Of a stretch of DNA of 55,182 bases, positions 23,557 to 36,639 are shown in pieces (positions within the stretch are counted from its first letter, which is position 1; each line of letters opens with the position of its first letter). The DNA is taken from positions 1 through 55,182 of the forward strand of contig UYFQ01000193.1 in the NCBI GenBank assembly GCA_900617105.1, in the 5' to 3' direction. Source of the DNA: Hydrurus foetidus (taxonomy: Eukaryota). The notes beneath the pieces were generated by a model. The model worked only from the letters and a program-made list of their open reading frames with translations, had not been told where the DNA came from and did not search any database. A program made the position numbers and the translations under genes.

Positions 23557-26500
23557 ATGCCTCCAAAGAAAGCGGCAGTGGCCGAGAAATCCACAGATGG
23601 ATGTATTCTCCAGTATGGGCAGGAAAATAACGCCGTGGAGTGGCGCGAGGAGATGTACAACCTTTCAACAGGGTCGTACGGGACCACCGGGATGTTCTTT
23701 CATCTCAATAGGTCATACAAGCATCCCCTTCCCCAGCTGAAAGACTACCATCCTGCGTATGTCGCACCAGTCCTTGCCGCCAACCCAGTTGCGGATGCGG
23801 ACGACGATGAGGACTACGGGAGTGGAAACGAAGAAGACAGTGGTGACGACAGTACGGTCCAGGAGGAAACCGAGGGACCTGTCGTCAATGTCTAACAGTT
23901 CTCAGAAAAGTTCATTAATAAGCTCAGAGAAGGAGCCTATGACCGCCGCCAACGTGCAATCGAGCTACAGGCAGTGAACGAGACCAAGATTTGGGCACTT
24001 ATGTGGCCCAAGATGTCAACGGCATCGCAGAGCAAGGTCAGAGAGGACCCGAAATTTGAGCTGGCCCGGCATGCCCTCGACAGCGTGAGGCTGTGGAAGT
24101 TCATCCGGAAATCGCACATCTCGCACATGTACGGTGATCACGACAACATGTCGTCGGTAAACCTACACGACCAACAGCTCCGGTATGAAAATCTTCACGG
24201 CAAGGAGACCGTGAACTCGTTGCAGACTTCAAGACTAGGTTTGATAACCAGCTTAAGGCCAACCACGGAGTTGGTATGGTGGAGGTTGCAGAATCGATCA
24301 AAGCACTGGATTTCATCAGCAAGTTGGATCTAAAAAGGTATGGGAGCATGCTCACCACTATGCGTAACAATGCATGCCAAAACATCCCTGGTGCATACCC
24401 TAGTACACTCGCAGCAGCGTTCCGTACAGCCTCTACAAGGACCCGGGACGGATCCTTCGCACCGTTAGGAGGCATCCCACACCTAGCGTTCTTAGCCGAT
24501 GCCATACACGTCACTAAAGGTAAAGAAACCGAAAAAGTGAAGACCCCCCCCACCGTCTAAGAAGGTTCCCGCCGACAACAAAGCAAAAAGGTCGTCACTG
24601 GAAAGTGTGCTGTGCTATGTCTGTGGAAACCTCGGACACTACGCTCGAGATTGCGACCAACGAAAGTCTGAGAAAGCACTATATACATCTACAGAGAACA
24701 TCAGTGTTGACGACGAAGACAAGAGTGAATACGCGTTCACGACAACCACCGAACTGGTCCTGTTCTCGCGGTCACACGTCCTTCTTGACAATCAAGCATC
24801 TGTGAGCAATTTTAGCAACAAGGATCTCTTAACGGATGTGAAACAAGCGGACAGCTCGATCGTGCTCAACGGTGTCCAAGCTAATGCGAAGGGAGTCCGA
24901 GTCTCTGAGGAAGGATACTTCAATGAAGTTGGTAACGTCTACTACAGCCCTAATGCTACCGCGAACATACTATCGTTCGCTGCTATGGTTGATGATGGTG
25001 CAAAGATCAGATATGATCAACACGAGAGCAGATTCACGTTACAGCCCAAAGGGAGCGAAAACATGTACAGTTTCTGTCGCAGAAGCATTCCAGGCAGCGA
25101 GGGTAGGTTTTACGTGTGTGACGTTCGATCCATGATCTCGAAGCGAGCAACGAGCCGTCCACCTGAGGAAAATGCCATGATCCAAACGGTAGCCGACAAC
25201 CTAAAGCTATACACTAAGAGAGAAGTGGTGGCAGCAAGGTGTGCGCGAGAGCTAATCGCACGAATGGGTTATCCATCGGTGGAAGAAGCAATATCAATGC
25301 TGAGAACCGGGAATGACTTCAACGTAACCGAGTATGACTTCCGTGTGGCCGATGCAATCTGGGGGAAAGACATCGCGTCGATCAAAGGGAAGACGGTGAA
25401 ACGGAGGTCACAGACACCAATGCTCACACTGACACCGTCAGTCGTCCAGCAGGAACAGATACTGTCTATTGACATCATGTTCGTCGAACAAGTCGCTTTA
25501 CTTGTTGCCGTGTCTCACCCACTTGATCTCACCCTAGGTGTTATACTGGATCAGGCAGACTCCAGGAAGCCATCTCGAACCGCAGAGTCAGTGAAGAAGT
25601 GCCTGGATGTTATCATCTCAACCCTGAAGTCACGGAACTTCATCGTGTCGCTTATCATGTCTGACGGAGAAGGAGCCATTGGCAAACTGACCCCATACCT
25701 TGAACGCCTGTCGATAGAAGTCAACATCAGCGGTGCGGGTGGACACGTTGCAAGAGTCGAGCGAAGAATTCGGATGATCAGATCACACATCTGTGGCAGA
25801 CTGCCGTTCGCACTAACAATCAATGGTCTGTCGATGCTTGCACTATATTGCATTTCCCGTATCAACTATCAACACTCAGGCTCACGTCCGGGGGGGACTA
25901 CACCAAGGGAAGCTTTCTCAGGACAGCGGGTTGCGGGGACTCGGGACTTCCGGGTGGCCTTTGGGGACTATCGTCAATGCACCGTTGCGAACACCGATAA
26001 CTCGATGAACCCTCGCACCGAAGACTGTATAGTGTACTTACCAACCGGTAATCGTACAGGATCTGTCAAAATGCTCTCTATTGCGACTAACAAGATTATT
26101 CTCAGAGACAACTTCAAAGTGCTACCAATGCCAGCGTCTATCATCCAGATCCTCAACCAACTCGCAGCGAAAGATGGTCGATACCTATCAAGGACTCCCA
26201 ACGTGTACAACGAGATACAATACAGACACAGTGTAGACAAATCCATGATGCCGAGATTCATGCAGATCCGACCACCGAAACCTGAACAAAGACAACGATC
26301 TCATGCCTAGGACTCACCTGCCATCGTACAACTGAGCCAGCCGATCCTCACCGACATTCCACAGGAGGAATTCTCAGTTCCACCGGACATAGGGGGTGAT
26401 CTAACATTAACTCAAAATATTTCTGAACTACGTCCGGAGGTGACTGTTCAAAGTAGTCCACAAGACAACATGGTCTCCAGCGTGGATACCAGTCAGCACA

Positions 26501-28425
26501 GTACTGACACACCGGACAGCGGCGCACTGACCGATCCCTCAGGGGATACAACCCTCCCTATCCCTCCCCCACTTGTTAACACTCTTATCACAGACAGTGC
26601 AGAAGAAGAGGATCGAGAGAGAGCAATCAAGGAGAAGATGATCGAGTACTTCCGAACTGGACAAGGAACACTGAAGAAACCCTTGGAGCAAGGAGCTACC
26701 TTCGTGACCTTCAACACACCACTCGTAACGACACCCACCCAGAGCATCTCATGCACGGAGTCGATCAAGTCCACACTACTGAAGCGCAGGATCGAGTCAC
26801 ATGTGGATCCCAGCGCCAACGTGAGTGTGAGAGAGGCGCTCAGGACCAGGGGTGACGACGCACGCCTAGTCATCAACAAGGAGCTTCAACAGATGTTAGA
26901 CAAGAGAGTTTGGGCACCAGTCATGTTCCACAAGCTCACAGCCGGTCAACGCTCATCTATCATCCGATCGTCCATGTTCCTTAAGAGGAAGACTTACCCA
27001 GACGGCAGCTTCGACAAGTACAAGGCGAGACTTGTCGCAGGGGGAGACCAACAGGACAAACAACTGTACGACGACTTATCGTCCCCAACCGTATCGACAA
27101 GTGCGGTATTCACCGTCGCGGCAATCAGCGCATACGAACGCAGGCATGTCGCAGTAGTGGACATTAGGGGTGCATTCCTCAACGCCCACATGACAACAAA
27201 GGTGCCAGTCCACATGAGACTCGACAAGACCATGTCGGATATGATCATTGCACTCGACCGTACGTACGGGCGGTACGCAGACGACAAAGGGAGAGTCGTG
27301 GTCCTACTCAAGCGTGCACTATATGGATGCGTGGAGAGCGCAGCCCTGTGGTACGAGAACCTCAGCAAGACCATGACAGGCCTAGGGTTTACTCGCAACG
27401 AGAGCGATATATGTGTGTTCAATCGTGCGGACATCAGGGGTGTGCAGTGCACAGCGACTATCCACGTGGACGACCTGCTGATCACCAGCACTAGCAAGGC
27501 GATGATCGCAGAACTCACTGAGGGCCTGAGAGTTAGGTATGGTGAAATCACTCTAGCACACGGTCCTCTAATCAATTACCTTGGAATGGCATTTGATTTC
27601 TCTCGCGTAGGTGAAGCGCGCGTGAGTATGACCGGGTACGTGGACGAGATGCTCGAGTCATCAGGGGTGCATGGTATCGCTAAGACACCAGCGACAGACG
27701 GCCTTTTCGACATTCGCCCGGATGCGGTCACGGTGAGCGAAGAAGTGCGTGTGTGGTTTCACCACGTCACAGCCCAGCTGGTCTACCTTGCCAAGAGGGC
27801 CAAGCCGGAATGCCTCGTCCCGGTAGCCTACCTGGCGACCAGAGTGACACGGTGCACTGAAGACGATGTGGACAAGTTACACCGCCTAGTGCGGTACATC
27901 CGCTGGTCACGCGACACGGGACTGGTGTTCAACCCTGGGGCCATCGGGATAACAGTGCGACTCTTTGTGGATGCATCCTACGGTGTGCACGGGGACGGCA
28001 AGTCACACACCGGGTCGTGCGTGGTCATAGGGGATGTGGGTGCGGTGCACTGCAGATCAGCCAAGCAGGGGATCGTGTCCAAGTCTAGCATGGAAGCGGA
28101 GCTCATTGCACTATCGGACTCGGCCAACCAGGGATTACACTCTAGGATGTTTCTAGTCAACCAGGGGTACGCGATGGGTCCTGTCACGGTGTACCAGGAC
28201 AACATGTCATGCATGGCACTCATCGACCGAGGGAGGTCCGGGGCAGAGAAGACGAGGCATATCAGCATCCGCTACTTTTGGGTCAAGGAGCGAGTGACCA
28301 CCGGAGAGATGAAACTGGAGCACAAGGGGACCAAAGAAATGTACGCTAACCTCCTCACCAAGCCGCTGCAGAGGTCACAATTCGTCTACGAGAGAGAGTG
28401 TCTTACGGGATGGCCCAGGGCATGA
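23557..28425 (+). pseudogene. Copia C gag-pol, with several stops and frameshifts
   Basis: CYVCGNLGHYARDC, LLDNQAS, SIDIMF, SDGEG, KARLVAGG, DIRGAFL, HVDD, FVDASY, SSMEAE. Confidence 0.92.
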
Positions 28426-28832
28426 GAAAAGGGAAATTTGTTTGTTTAGCTTAGTTACAATCACATTATCATGTCATGTTATATTACGCGCATTGTGTTT
28501 CTAACGGCCTCCATCCTAGGGGTGTGTTGGAGTTTCGTTCTGTGGTGAACTGCTCTTTGTAGTATGTAGGACCGTTCTGTCATTGGTGTGTGTGTGTGTG
28601 TGTGTGTGTGTGTGATGTACTATACGGTTGTATGATGCGTTACAGTTCGGCATGAAAAGTGTTTCATGCGCGTTACACCACTCGTTCATTGATGTTCTGT
28701 TTTCTTCCTTCTAGAGTAGTGTAGATAGGTGGCGCTGTAAGCTTCGTGGCTGGCAAACAGGGATGTCAGTCACAAGTTAAATTATCGACTGATTGGAAAA
28801 CAACACCTCTTCCATTTCACAGGATTTGCGTA

Positions 28833-31800
28833 CCGTCGAGTGCCATATGTTTTGTAAAAAAAACACGTATTACGACAATTTCACCAGATCTCAGCCATTA
28901 TCACACATCGCATTCACAAATTGATATCTCACTCAATCCTACACCTCTTGCAGTGATTCGAGACTCCCAGCTTACCCACACTGTCAGCTGCCAACAGGTC
29001 AAAAATTTGGGAGTTGACGATCTTTTTTCTAGTCGCAAAGTTCGATCATAACTTCTGAAATTATTCGCATCAGTCAACTTCAGGGAAATACTTCGGCGGT
29101 AATCTAAAAGCGAATTCTTCCGAGATTTTCTACGTTCATTCATTGGGGTCTCTTTAGTTTGGATCGAGAAGAAAGTTCGGAATTCAGTGGTCGCATTCAA
29201 ATGTTTCAGAGAAAAATTATTTCGGCGCCAAAAAGGCCACCTCTCAAAGATTACGACATTATTATCGACTATAGCGCATGCATGGTATCGATTTCTCTAA
29301 CTACACACTTAGTTGATGTGTTGAATGTGAGCAATCAGTGGTCAGCACGTCAGTTGAGCGAGCATTTGAACTCTAGGAGCCATTTAAGTAGCTGCTCAGA
29401 TTTTTTCATCAACTCCGTTGCGCTTATGCATGGATTCATACTATTTCGGCGAGAACTCACAAGAAGGGGCATACTGGTGATTGAAATGTATAAGAGAAGG
29501 CTGTACCCTCTTATCACCATCTGAAGCAGTCTAGGATGAGTATCGAAATAAAATTCTCGTCATATTTCACACCGCATTTGTCTGAGGCTGACTTACTCAA
29601 TGACATTATTTTATTGCGGAATGACCTTTTAAAACGTAACAAATACGAGGCGTCTAGATATTCTTGTCCGTCTTCAGTATTAGGAAATATTGAATTGTCA
29701 AAGCAACAGAGTAGGACAACTGTAGAGGTTGGGACCAATACAAAAGAAACCGTATCAGCTAATTTACGGAAATCACCATCAGATTTAACAGATCGATCGA
29801 TCAAAAATGTCACTACCAAAGTTATTACATCTGTTGAAGGAGTTGTCGGGGAAAGAAACAGTTTATATTTTTTAAGGTCTGCTGTCAAAATATTGGATTT
29901 CAAAAAAAGAAAGCGTGAGGTTCTTGAACAAGATGAGATCGAGCAGGATAGTAGTGGTGATGAAAGTGGCAATGATGATTGCAGTGAATATGAATTGTAC
30001 AAAAATGATGATCGCTTGATAGCAGCACTTACTGCATTGCCACCAAAGTATAAGTGTACAGTCCTGATGATATGAAAAAAGTGTTTGAAATATTTGAAGT
30101 CGTGAAAACAATGATTTCGGAAAAGAATACAAGGGGAGTTTTAAGTAAATCAGCAACTTTAACGGTCAATGTACTATGTGAGAATTCATATTATTCTCAA
30201 CTCACTGGACGGACTGTATTGAGGTGGTATGAAACGAGAAATAATGAATGTGATAAACCGGGTAGAAAAATTGATGAGAACTTTGAAGCAGAGGTATGGG
30301 GAAAATTAATGCTTTGTATCTTCGAAATAAAGAATGAAAACGTAAGTCGCATATACAGTATCAAATTATTTCACCTTTCATATTATGATATGTACGATAT
30401 TGATATTGCTATTTTCTAAATAACCGTACATGCGTACGTTCCAATTTCATAGGACGCAGAGAAAGTCGTCCGAATCGTTGTGAACGTGACATATTCTTAT
30501 GCTATCATTGCATCAGCTGCAACCGCTGTACAAGAGATTGATGAGTGGAAGAACAAAGAAAAAGTCCAAAATTTAATGTTCTCAAATAAATGGATAAAAG
30601 CTTTCCTAGACAGAGGTGGATTGACAAGGCGAAAAATAACTTGGGAAGATAAAGACATACCTGACGATAATGTAGTGTCAAACACATTGAAGATTGGACA
30701 AGATCTGTACGTCCAAAATCAGCACAGTCCAAGAACGTGCTGGAATTTTGACGAAACGGCTTTTACGTGGGCAATAGGCCCATCCTATATGTACTGCCCT
30801 GGGAATCAGCAAAGAGCAAGTAATATCGGAATATCAAATACAAAATTGAAATGTCCTGATTCTTTGTGTATCATGTAGATAACTTTATGTTGGGCTGTTA
30901 TATTGTTGATTGTTAATACTTTTCCCCATAACTTGAGTTCCCACCCATCATTAGCCGTGAAACCGGGTTTTTTGAAAAACTCTTTTATGACTGTCATACC
31001 ACTCTGGTCTGGCCTCTTTTCCGAGCTTACACTATGCTTTATTATCAGCATGAGTGGAACAAACTCACCCAATGCATTGGGTGAGTTTGCTCCACCAATG
31101 CATTGGGTGAGTTTGCTCCACCAATGCATTGGGTGAGTTTGCTCCACTCATGCTGATAATAAAGCAGGTGTCGCTCAAAAGAACAAAATATAAAGTTTCA
31201 AAAATTTTACGGCCCATTATGAAGAAAAATAATAACAATCAACAATATAACACATAAGATATCATGGAATCAGGACATGTCATAACAAGTCAAGTAAAGG
31301 CTTGGAATGATTCGGTTAGAATGATTCTTTGGTTTGAAGTTGTGATGCTTCCACTGAAGGAAAAATTAGGCAAAATGCTACTCTGGTGTGATAACTGCGG
31401 TAGTCACAAAACATCAGTCGTAAAAGATGTTATCGAAGAAATCGGCATAGATGTCGCATTCCTACCTCCGAACATGACATCAGAATTGCAGGTCCTAGAT
31501 CTGGTGGTGAATGGGCCTTTAAAAGCTCACATTAGGACTAAAAGAGCAAATAGACTGTACGAGGCATTTCAAGAATATAAGACAATAAGAGCGGAAGATA
31601 ATAGATTAGATAAAGACAAACGCCTAAATCCCAATTTTGATCCACCCAAGCCAACAATGATAGAGGGTATACAAGATTTGATTCTTCTCTTCAAACCCCA
31701 ATTCAATGAAGAGAAATTCAAGTCGTGCATTAATAGGACTTTCATTAGAACTGGCACACTACCTATAGAGGGTTCGGCCCCGGCAAGTTTTGTTCAGTAC

Positions 31801-33068
31801 AAAAAGGTTACATTGTGCGGCACAATGCGAGTTGTTCCTAAAGGTACGACAGAGGTAGAGATGGAAGAACCGTTGGATGAGGAGGAAAGCGTAGAACGTG
31901 CACTGTTTCTCTACTTCGTCACTCATAATAGTAGTACGATAGACAATGAAGTAAACGACAGTGATAATGAAACATAAGAATTCGTAATTTTACTGCATAG
32001 CAAAATTCATTATCAGCCGTTTACTTCATTTCTACTTTGATAGCATCAATATTCTTTGATCTTAATATGGACATGAATTTCTTAGTCCACGCATCTAAAT
32101 TGTTAGAGAATAAAACTAAACTGATACCATATCCAGCAGCTTTGTGATTTAAATCATCAGTTAGGATGCATACAAATTTTTAGTCTTTATTGTACACTTT
32201 ACCACTAAGCAACTCAATCGCATTGTCGTCCATGAATTCTGCCAATACGGCAGCTTCTTCTCTAGCTACATTTCCGATTCGCTCTGCATGTATTTCAACT
32301 CCTCCCGGAACAGCAGGCGTATCATCACGCATCATGATTTGAACGCAGTTTGAATCTGACAATGGAAATTACAGTAATTAAAGATGGATTATCTTCATTT
32401 CGTAAGTGTGGTCGTGGAGTTGGCGTCAGAATTATACGTAACCTAAACAGCTGTCTGTCATCAATAGTTAGATGCCATCTACTAATGACTTTGCAGACAA
32501 ATATAGGAACGTTTGGAGGTTCTCGCACCGTGCTCATTCTCTGGAGAACGTTGAAGTTCGCACGATGTGTCCTTCTTGACTTTCAGGCTTCGTCGCAGGG
32601 CGAATGCACCCTTTCCCCTCGATGGAAATGACAACACAGCTCTCATCCTATAAATGAACCATTCAAAAATTTGGTCCATTAGTTTCCCAACTTTTCAAGT
32701 TGACTGAGGATAAGAGGTCGTAATGGATATGTTGCGCTGCAATTGGATGTCAGCCTAACTAAATTTGTGATCTTTCAGCCATTAAACCGCAAAAATGCCG
32801 TAACAAACGAAGGATTTTCAGAACCACAGCAGTCAACGATGAATGAGAAAAATTTCAAGGCGACATGTCTAGTGGTAGAAGAGGCCGTCAAGATTACCTG
32901 TGAAGAAGAGCGATGTGATTTGGTTGTGTTTTGATGTTGCTGCGAGGTGAAGAATGATAGTGATATGAATGCAGTCGACATACTGCGATGTTACCCACGA
33001 AACAACGTAATACCATATTTTCAGCATTCGCCACTCAACTGAAATACAAAACATATGGCACTCGACGG
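28833..33068 (+). mobile_element. pogo-like (Tc1/mariner-related) DNA transposon, 4236 bp
   Basis: Perfect 24-bp TIRs CCGTCGAGTGCCATATGTTTTGTA (28833-28856 and 33045-33068) with TA duplication. Removing it restores the Copia C LTR. Confidence 0.95.
29536..31977 (+). pseudogene. DD35D transposase with a phase-0 intron at 30342-30452; disrupted by a frameshift (~30060) and an internal foldback (30851-31278)
   Basis: FSNKWIKAFLDR, WNFDETA, WCDNCGSH...PPNMTSELQVLD (35 residues between the second and third Asp). Intron GTAAGT...CATAG. Confidence 0.85.
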
Positions 33069-33178
33069 TAGTTCTCGTACTAGACACTTCGTACGTGAAG
33101 CTGTTCACGGCGCGGTTGCGGAATACGGAATTCGCAACATGACTATGAGTTCAAAAAGTTTAAGATTCAAGATTCGAG

Positions 33179-35984
33179 ATGGAACCTCTAAATAACCGTT
33201 ATGGCTCATCTCTATTCGTTGCCAGCGTCGTAGCAGCGGCTGTTCTACGTGCTGTCAACACAGCAACTGCGACGGTTCTACGCGTTGTGAAGAAAGCTGC
33301 AGAAAAATCGGCGGCAACTGCAACGAAGAAAATCAGAGTAGCCTCAGTACTGCCCTCTGCGACTGAAATACTCTGTTCCATCGGGGGAGAGCACCTGCTG
33401 GTTGGCAGAAGCCATGAAGATAACTTTCCATCTTCAATCACACATTTGCCCGCGCTTACAGACCAGCTGATATCTAGAGAATGGACGAGTGCGTCGGCAG
33501 TCAACGCAGAAGTTTCAAGCGCACTAGCGAGTGGAAAATCACTTTACTTCTTGAATGCGAAGCTGCTGGCTGAACTGAAGCCGGATCTTATACTCACCCA
33601 GGATCTATGCTCTGTATGTGCAGTCGATCTTGCTGAATTCAAAGTGATATCTTTTCAAATGGACCCACAGCCCATTCTCTTATCGTTTGATCCCCAGAAC
33701 CTTGAAGATGTACTAGCTGATATGATCATCTTGGGTGAAGCAGTGGGTATGCAGAAGGAAGCAGCAGCGGCAAAGAGTATTTTTGATAACAGGGTGACGA
33801 CTGTGGTATCAACTGCCAATGAAATACTGAAGGAACAGGAGGGCAAAGGGAGAATCAAGGTGGCATTTATTGAGTGGTCTGATCCTATATACGTTGCAGG
33901 CCACTGGATTCCGCAGTTGGTATACATGGCAGGAGGTGAACACACTTTAAACCCTTGCCGTCAGGGAGAACAAAACAGTCAGCAGCGTACAGGCGGGGCG
34001 GGCAAAAGCTTTCCTGTCACAAATGAAAACTTCGTTGCATCTGATCCAGATCTGATAATCCTTTCGCCTTGTGGCCTAAATCTAGAGATGTCACGCAGGG
34101 AAGCCGATCGCTTAATGAGCCTGCAATGGTTTCAGGACTTGAGGGCAGTCAAAAACAAGAGGCTGTTGGTAGTTGATGGAGACGCCATGTTCAACAGACC
34201 TGGTCCTCGACTAGTCGATGCATTGGAATGGCTCGTGTCTGTGCTACACGATGCGGGTGATGGCAAGCACAGTAAATCAGTCACCCACGCGATGTCTCTT
34301 CAGCCCCAGGACTTCCCCTTCTTCGACTACTTCGAGAAAGTGTCGGCTGTTGATTTGGAGATTGTCGTAGCGGAGATCAAGACAAGTGAGGATCTCGCAC
34401 TGGTAGCAATCGAAGAGGCTCACACTGGTGAGTTAATTCAATGAAACTCAATTATGTGTTGTCTTGTTTCGTTTAGTTTCGTTCCGTTCCGTTGTTGGAC
34501 GATCAGTAACGCATGGGTGACACGCGACATCATCTCTTTACATTTCCTCTTTTCACTTCGTACTCAAGTGACCAACACGAGAACTTTTGACATCATTTCG
34601 TTGCTTGTCTTAACCACCCCATACCCACTTTGATGACAACCCACCTGTCGATCCACACACCCACACAGCTGCGTTTGTCAAAGATGCAGACTCTGCCACT
34701 GAGTACAAAGTAGTCTCAGAATTCGGACTCTACAAACGCTCTCAGTGCTGTGGCTACAGGTGATCCCGCAGCGTTTTAGTGTAGGACCGTGTGATCGCTT
34801 CTGGAAACTTGAAGTGAAGTTTTCATGTTACTTCTGCCATCCATGGTTAAGATGAAATGAGACTCAAAAATCCTAAATTAGCGAGATGTCGTGTCATTGT
34901 AGCAACTGTATCTGAGTTATTTCTCATCGTCTCTACTCTGTTTCTTCATCGCAGTTGCCTTCGCTGCCCCTTCGGACACTACAATGTCGAGAAAAGATAC
35001 CGCAAAGCCAACGTCATTCGCCACATGGTAAGACCCACCATGCTGTGGTCAGTGACGAAGAGGGTGAAGAGAGGCACAAAAAAGCCCCTCAAGGAAACCG
35101 TCCTGACAACCACTGACCGCGCGCAGGGGAGGGGAGAGAAGGGAGAAATAGTCGTGGATGTGTTGTTCTGGTCGGGCGGCAAAGACTCTTACCTTTCCCT
35201 TCTGCTACTGGAGCAGCAGCACTTGGCGAGCAAGAGCAACGATTTCTCCTTCATAGAAGAAGAGGGCAATAGTGAGGTGAAGAGCAACGATTTCTCCTTC
35301 GTAGAAGAAGAGAGCGACGAAGAGAGCGAGAAGAAGGGCGGGAAAAAGAACAAAAAAAAGAGCGAGAGAAAGAGCGAGAGGCGCGTGGTGCTGTTGACCA
35401 CTTTCGAAGGATCCAGCCCCACGGGGGAGATAACGCATCAAGGGCTGCAGTGCCGGGACATCATGGACCAGGCGAAGGCCCTTGGACTTGACCTGCTGCT
35501 GGTTCCTCTGCCTAACAAGGATGGCGACGAAGGGAGTAAAGTCAACTACAAAGATACTGTCTTAGCGGCTCTCGAAATTCTGAAGATGGAGCTCGCCATC
35601 AGCACCATGCGCACCATATCCGAGCCGGATATCAAGCTGCGTCTGGTGTTCGGAGACCTGCACTTGAAGGACATCAGGGACTGGAGGGAGAGCACATTTG
35701 GGGGGGAGGGAGAGGGCGGACTGCAGTGCTACTTCCCTGCCTTCGAAGTGGACTATGCAGAGCTGATGGGCATTCTGTGGGCAGCTATCGGGTCGGAGGT
35801 GCGCGACATCACCATCAGCGCTTGGACTGGTCTGTACAATGACGAGAGCACCGCAACGTTGGTGTCCAAGGGCGCGATCTATGACGAGAAGTTTGTCGCT
35901 TCTTTGCCTCCTTCAATCGACAAGATGGGTGAAAAAGGAGAATTTCACACGCACGTGAAGTTTCTCGCTCGGCGGAGGAGATGA
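33179..35984 (+). CDS. Three-exon gene (33179-34427, 34669-34759, 34955-35984; 789 aa): paralog of the BtuF-like/DUF5522-like/Dph6-like fusion, copy 2
   Basis: Same intron positions and phases as copy 1; open spliced frame of 2370 nt; long tracts identical to copy 1. Confidence 0.83.
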
Positions 35985-36639
35985 AGTATCTCTTTTCACT
36001 ATCGAAGCGATGGGTCCTGTGTGCAGGATGAATCAAAGAACACTCATGAGATACAAAGGAGAGGAGAGGAACAGGTCCATTCGCATCCGATCTTGCGAGC
36101 TATGTTTGATGTGTGCCACGCCCTTTGCAATACACGTGACGTGACGATATACGATACACGATATGCATCATTCACTGTACGACGTGACGACGTGCGATAT
36201 ACTGTAGTCTATGTACTGAATCCTATACCTATATGTTAGACATTGATAAATACGCACATCTGATATGCGACTATTCAGATGCGTGCTGCACCTTGTCACG
36301 AAACGATTTGACGGAAACTTGACAGATGGATCAGATGCGATGCTGCTCGAGTTCGGAGACTGATTTTGATAACACATCGAATTAGTGCTTACCTTTGATA
36401 ATTGACCCACTGTAAGCAAGTGGCCTGCTCTGAGCACTAAATACTCAAAACAAAAAAAGTCGAAACACGACGCGCGTACGTATGTACAAAGTCCACTGAC
36501 GTACCTATATCGACAGTATTCTTTCTCCGACAACATTTTGATGATAACTTCGACGTCAGCTGTCGACTTCAAACTTCATCAGAACGAGCACTACGACGAT
36601 AAAGATACCATCTGCTCCGCGCCTACATAGGGACGGCCG

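Larger units (their letters stand above)
23168..33139 (+). mobile_element. Ty1/Copia LTR retrotransposon C; 3' LTR split by a DNA transposon
   Basis: 5' LTR 23168-23530; 3' LTR 28525-28832 plus 33069-33139. TSD TGACT at 23163-23167 and 33140-33144. PPT TAGGGGTG. The (GT)n tract differs in length between the LTRs. Confidence 0.96.

Noticed and set aside
31071..31148. Three 26-bp direct repeats resembling a CRISPR array
   Set aside because: No spacers; the unit is transposase coding sequence in a eukaryotic context.
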